The translations under genes and the position numbers were made by a program. A stretch of 64,000 nt of DNA from Azolla caroliniana. Taxonomy: Eukaryota; Plantae; Polypodiophyta. Position 1 is the stretch's first letter. Each line of letters begins with the position of its first letter. This document shows positions 63,079-64,000 of this stretch, one piece after another. Under the pieces are notes generated by a model. The model was not told the DNA's origin and did not search any database. It saw only the letters and a program-made list of their open reading frames with translations. The stretch covers positions 13,950,001 to 14,014,000 of the forward strand of contig JBHGNT010000011.1 in assembly GCA_043228905.1 (NCBI GenBank). Reading direction: 5' to 3'.

Positions 63079-64000
63079 ATTACGATCCTCATGAGAGATT
63101 AAAGTGTTATCAATCTCATTGTTGTACCTAAGGAGAGGTAGGTTATTAATGTCTAGGTCGTTTGCAAGAAGCCAACTCACCACATTGCTATACCAAGAGT
63201 TACTATCTCCGGACTCATAGAGTGTTTGAGATGCCTCAAAAGCTTGGCGAGATATCCTATCTTGTGGTTGGTGATGTATCCTATGAATAAAAACTACAAG
63301 TTGGAAATGTGCTTCTACTAACATCGGTGGTAAAGTGAACTTTGCACTAATAATGTCATGTGGTACTGTCGATTTGCTTCAGAGTTGACGTGATAACATC
63401 GTCACCATATGGCCTCTCTAATTGCATCTACATGAAGAGATAGTGGCCCTAGAGCCCAAACCATTGATGCATACCTAGGGGAAGGGGTCAGTAATGAGTC
63501 GAAGAGCCACCCCTTAGTCTGTGTCTCTTGAAAGTATGCTTTGTGGCATTGTCTCTTTAAGAGTGAGAGGGATGTATATCCTCTCGTTAGTCTACCTTTG
63601 GCTGCTTGTGCCATCGAAAATTTACTTGAGTGAGCAGTGAAGGTAACTCCAAGATATACATATGATCCAACTACCTCAATTGCTCTATGAGAGATGGTTA
63701 GGTGACATTTAGTCCTAACTCAAGTAGATGTGTGAAAGATAAGGACTTCAGTTTTTCCTAGATTCACTATCAATCCTCGTTGTGTGCAAAAGTCATCTAA
63801 GCCATTAAGGTGCCTTTGTAGGTCATGTTCAGACTCAGAGAGCAAAACTATGTCGTCTAGATAGAGTAAGAGACTAACTTGCATACCCCCAAGGACTACT
63901 CCGTTGCCTCCCTTACGAGCAATAAAATCATTGATCTCATCAAATTTGTAGATCCCAAAAAGAGTCGATTATAGGGAGCAACCTTGTTTCACACCAACGG
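63079..64000 (-). mobile_element. Decayed non-LTR retrotransposon RT of a second clade (RTE/RTEX-like)
   Basis: GVKQGC, LLLYLDDIVLLSES..DLQRHL, GLIVNLGKTEV and SYVYLGVTF motifs; runs off the right edge. Confidence 0.85.

Overview
Repeat-dense eukaryotic nuclear DNA. The element content (Tork- and Ale-like Ty1/copia, Tcn1-like and Phygy/Selgy-like Ty3/gypsy, L1-like and RTE/RTEX-like LINEs, hAT MITEs) suggests a non-seed land plant such as a fern; this is inference. One young, intact copia element (122-5520, near-identical LTRs, 1357-aa Gag-Pol) is nested in a gypsy element. Four more decayed copia elements, many solo LTRs, LINE copies and three hAT derivatives fill most of the rest. One apparently intact host gene (large exon 35367-36871, minus strand) sits in the middle. 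The most interesting signals are in the gypsy elements. (1) Antisense tRNA-like Pol III A/B-box modules lie in the U3 region of about five different gypsy LTR types. (2) A tRNA-Trp-primed gypsy family makes 4-bp TSDs with a central CpG at all four sites seen. (3) The same family has a conserved G_GAU_UUU plus H-type pseudoknot -1 frameshift signal downstream of the protease, present in two diverged copies. (4) A Tcn1-like element and a 2-kb non-coding mini-element show Tf1-like self-priming complementarity. (5) A copia U3 block is captured inside a gypsy LTR. Several fold-back/template-switch scars and a 5x248-bp tandem array derived from LINE ORF2 are also present. All coordinates were read by eye; lineage names are from memory and need database confirmation.
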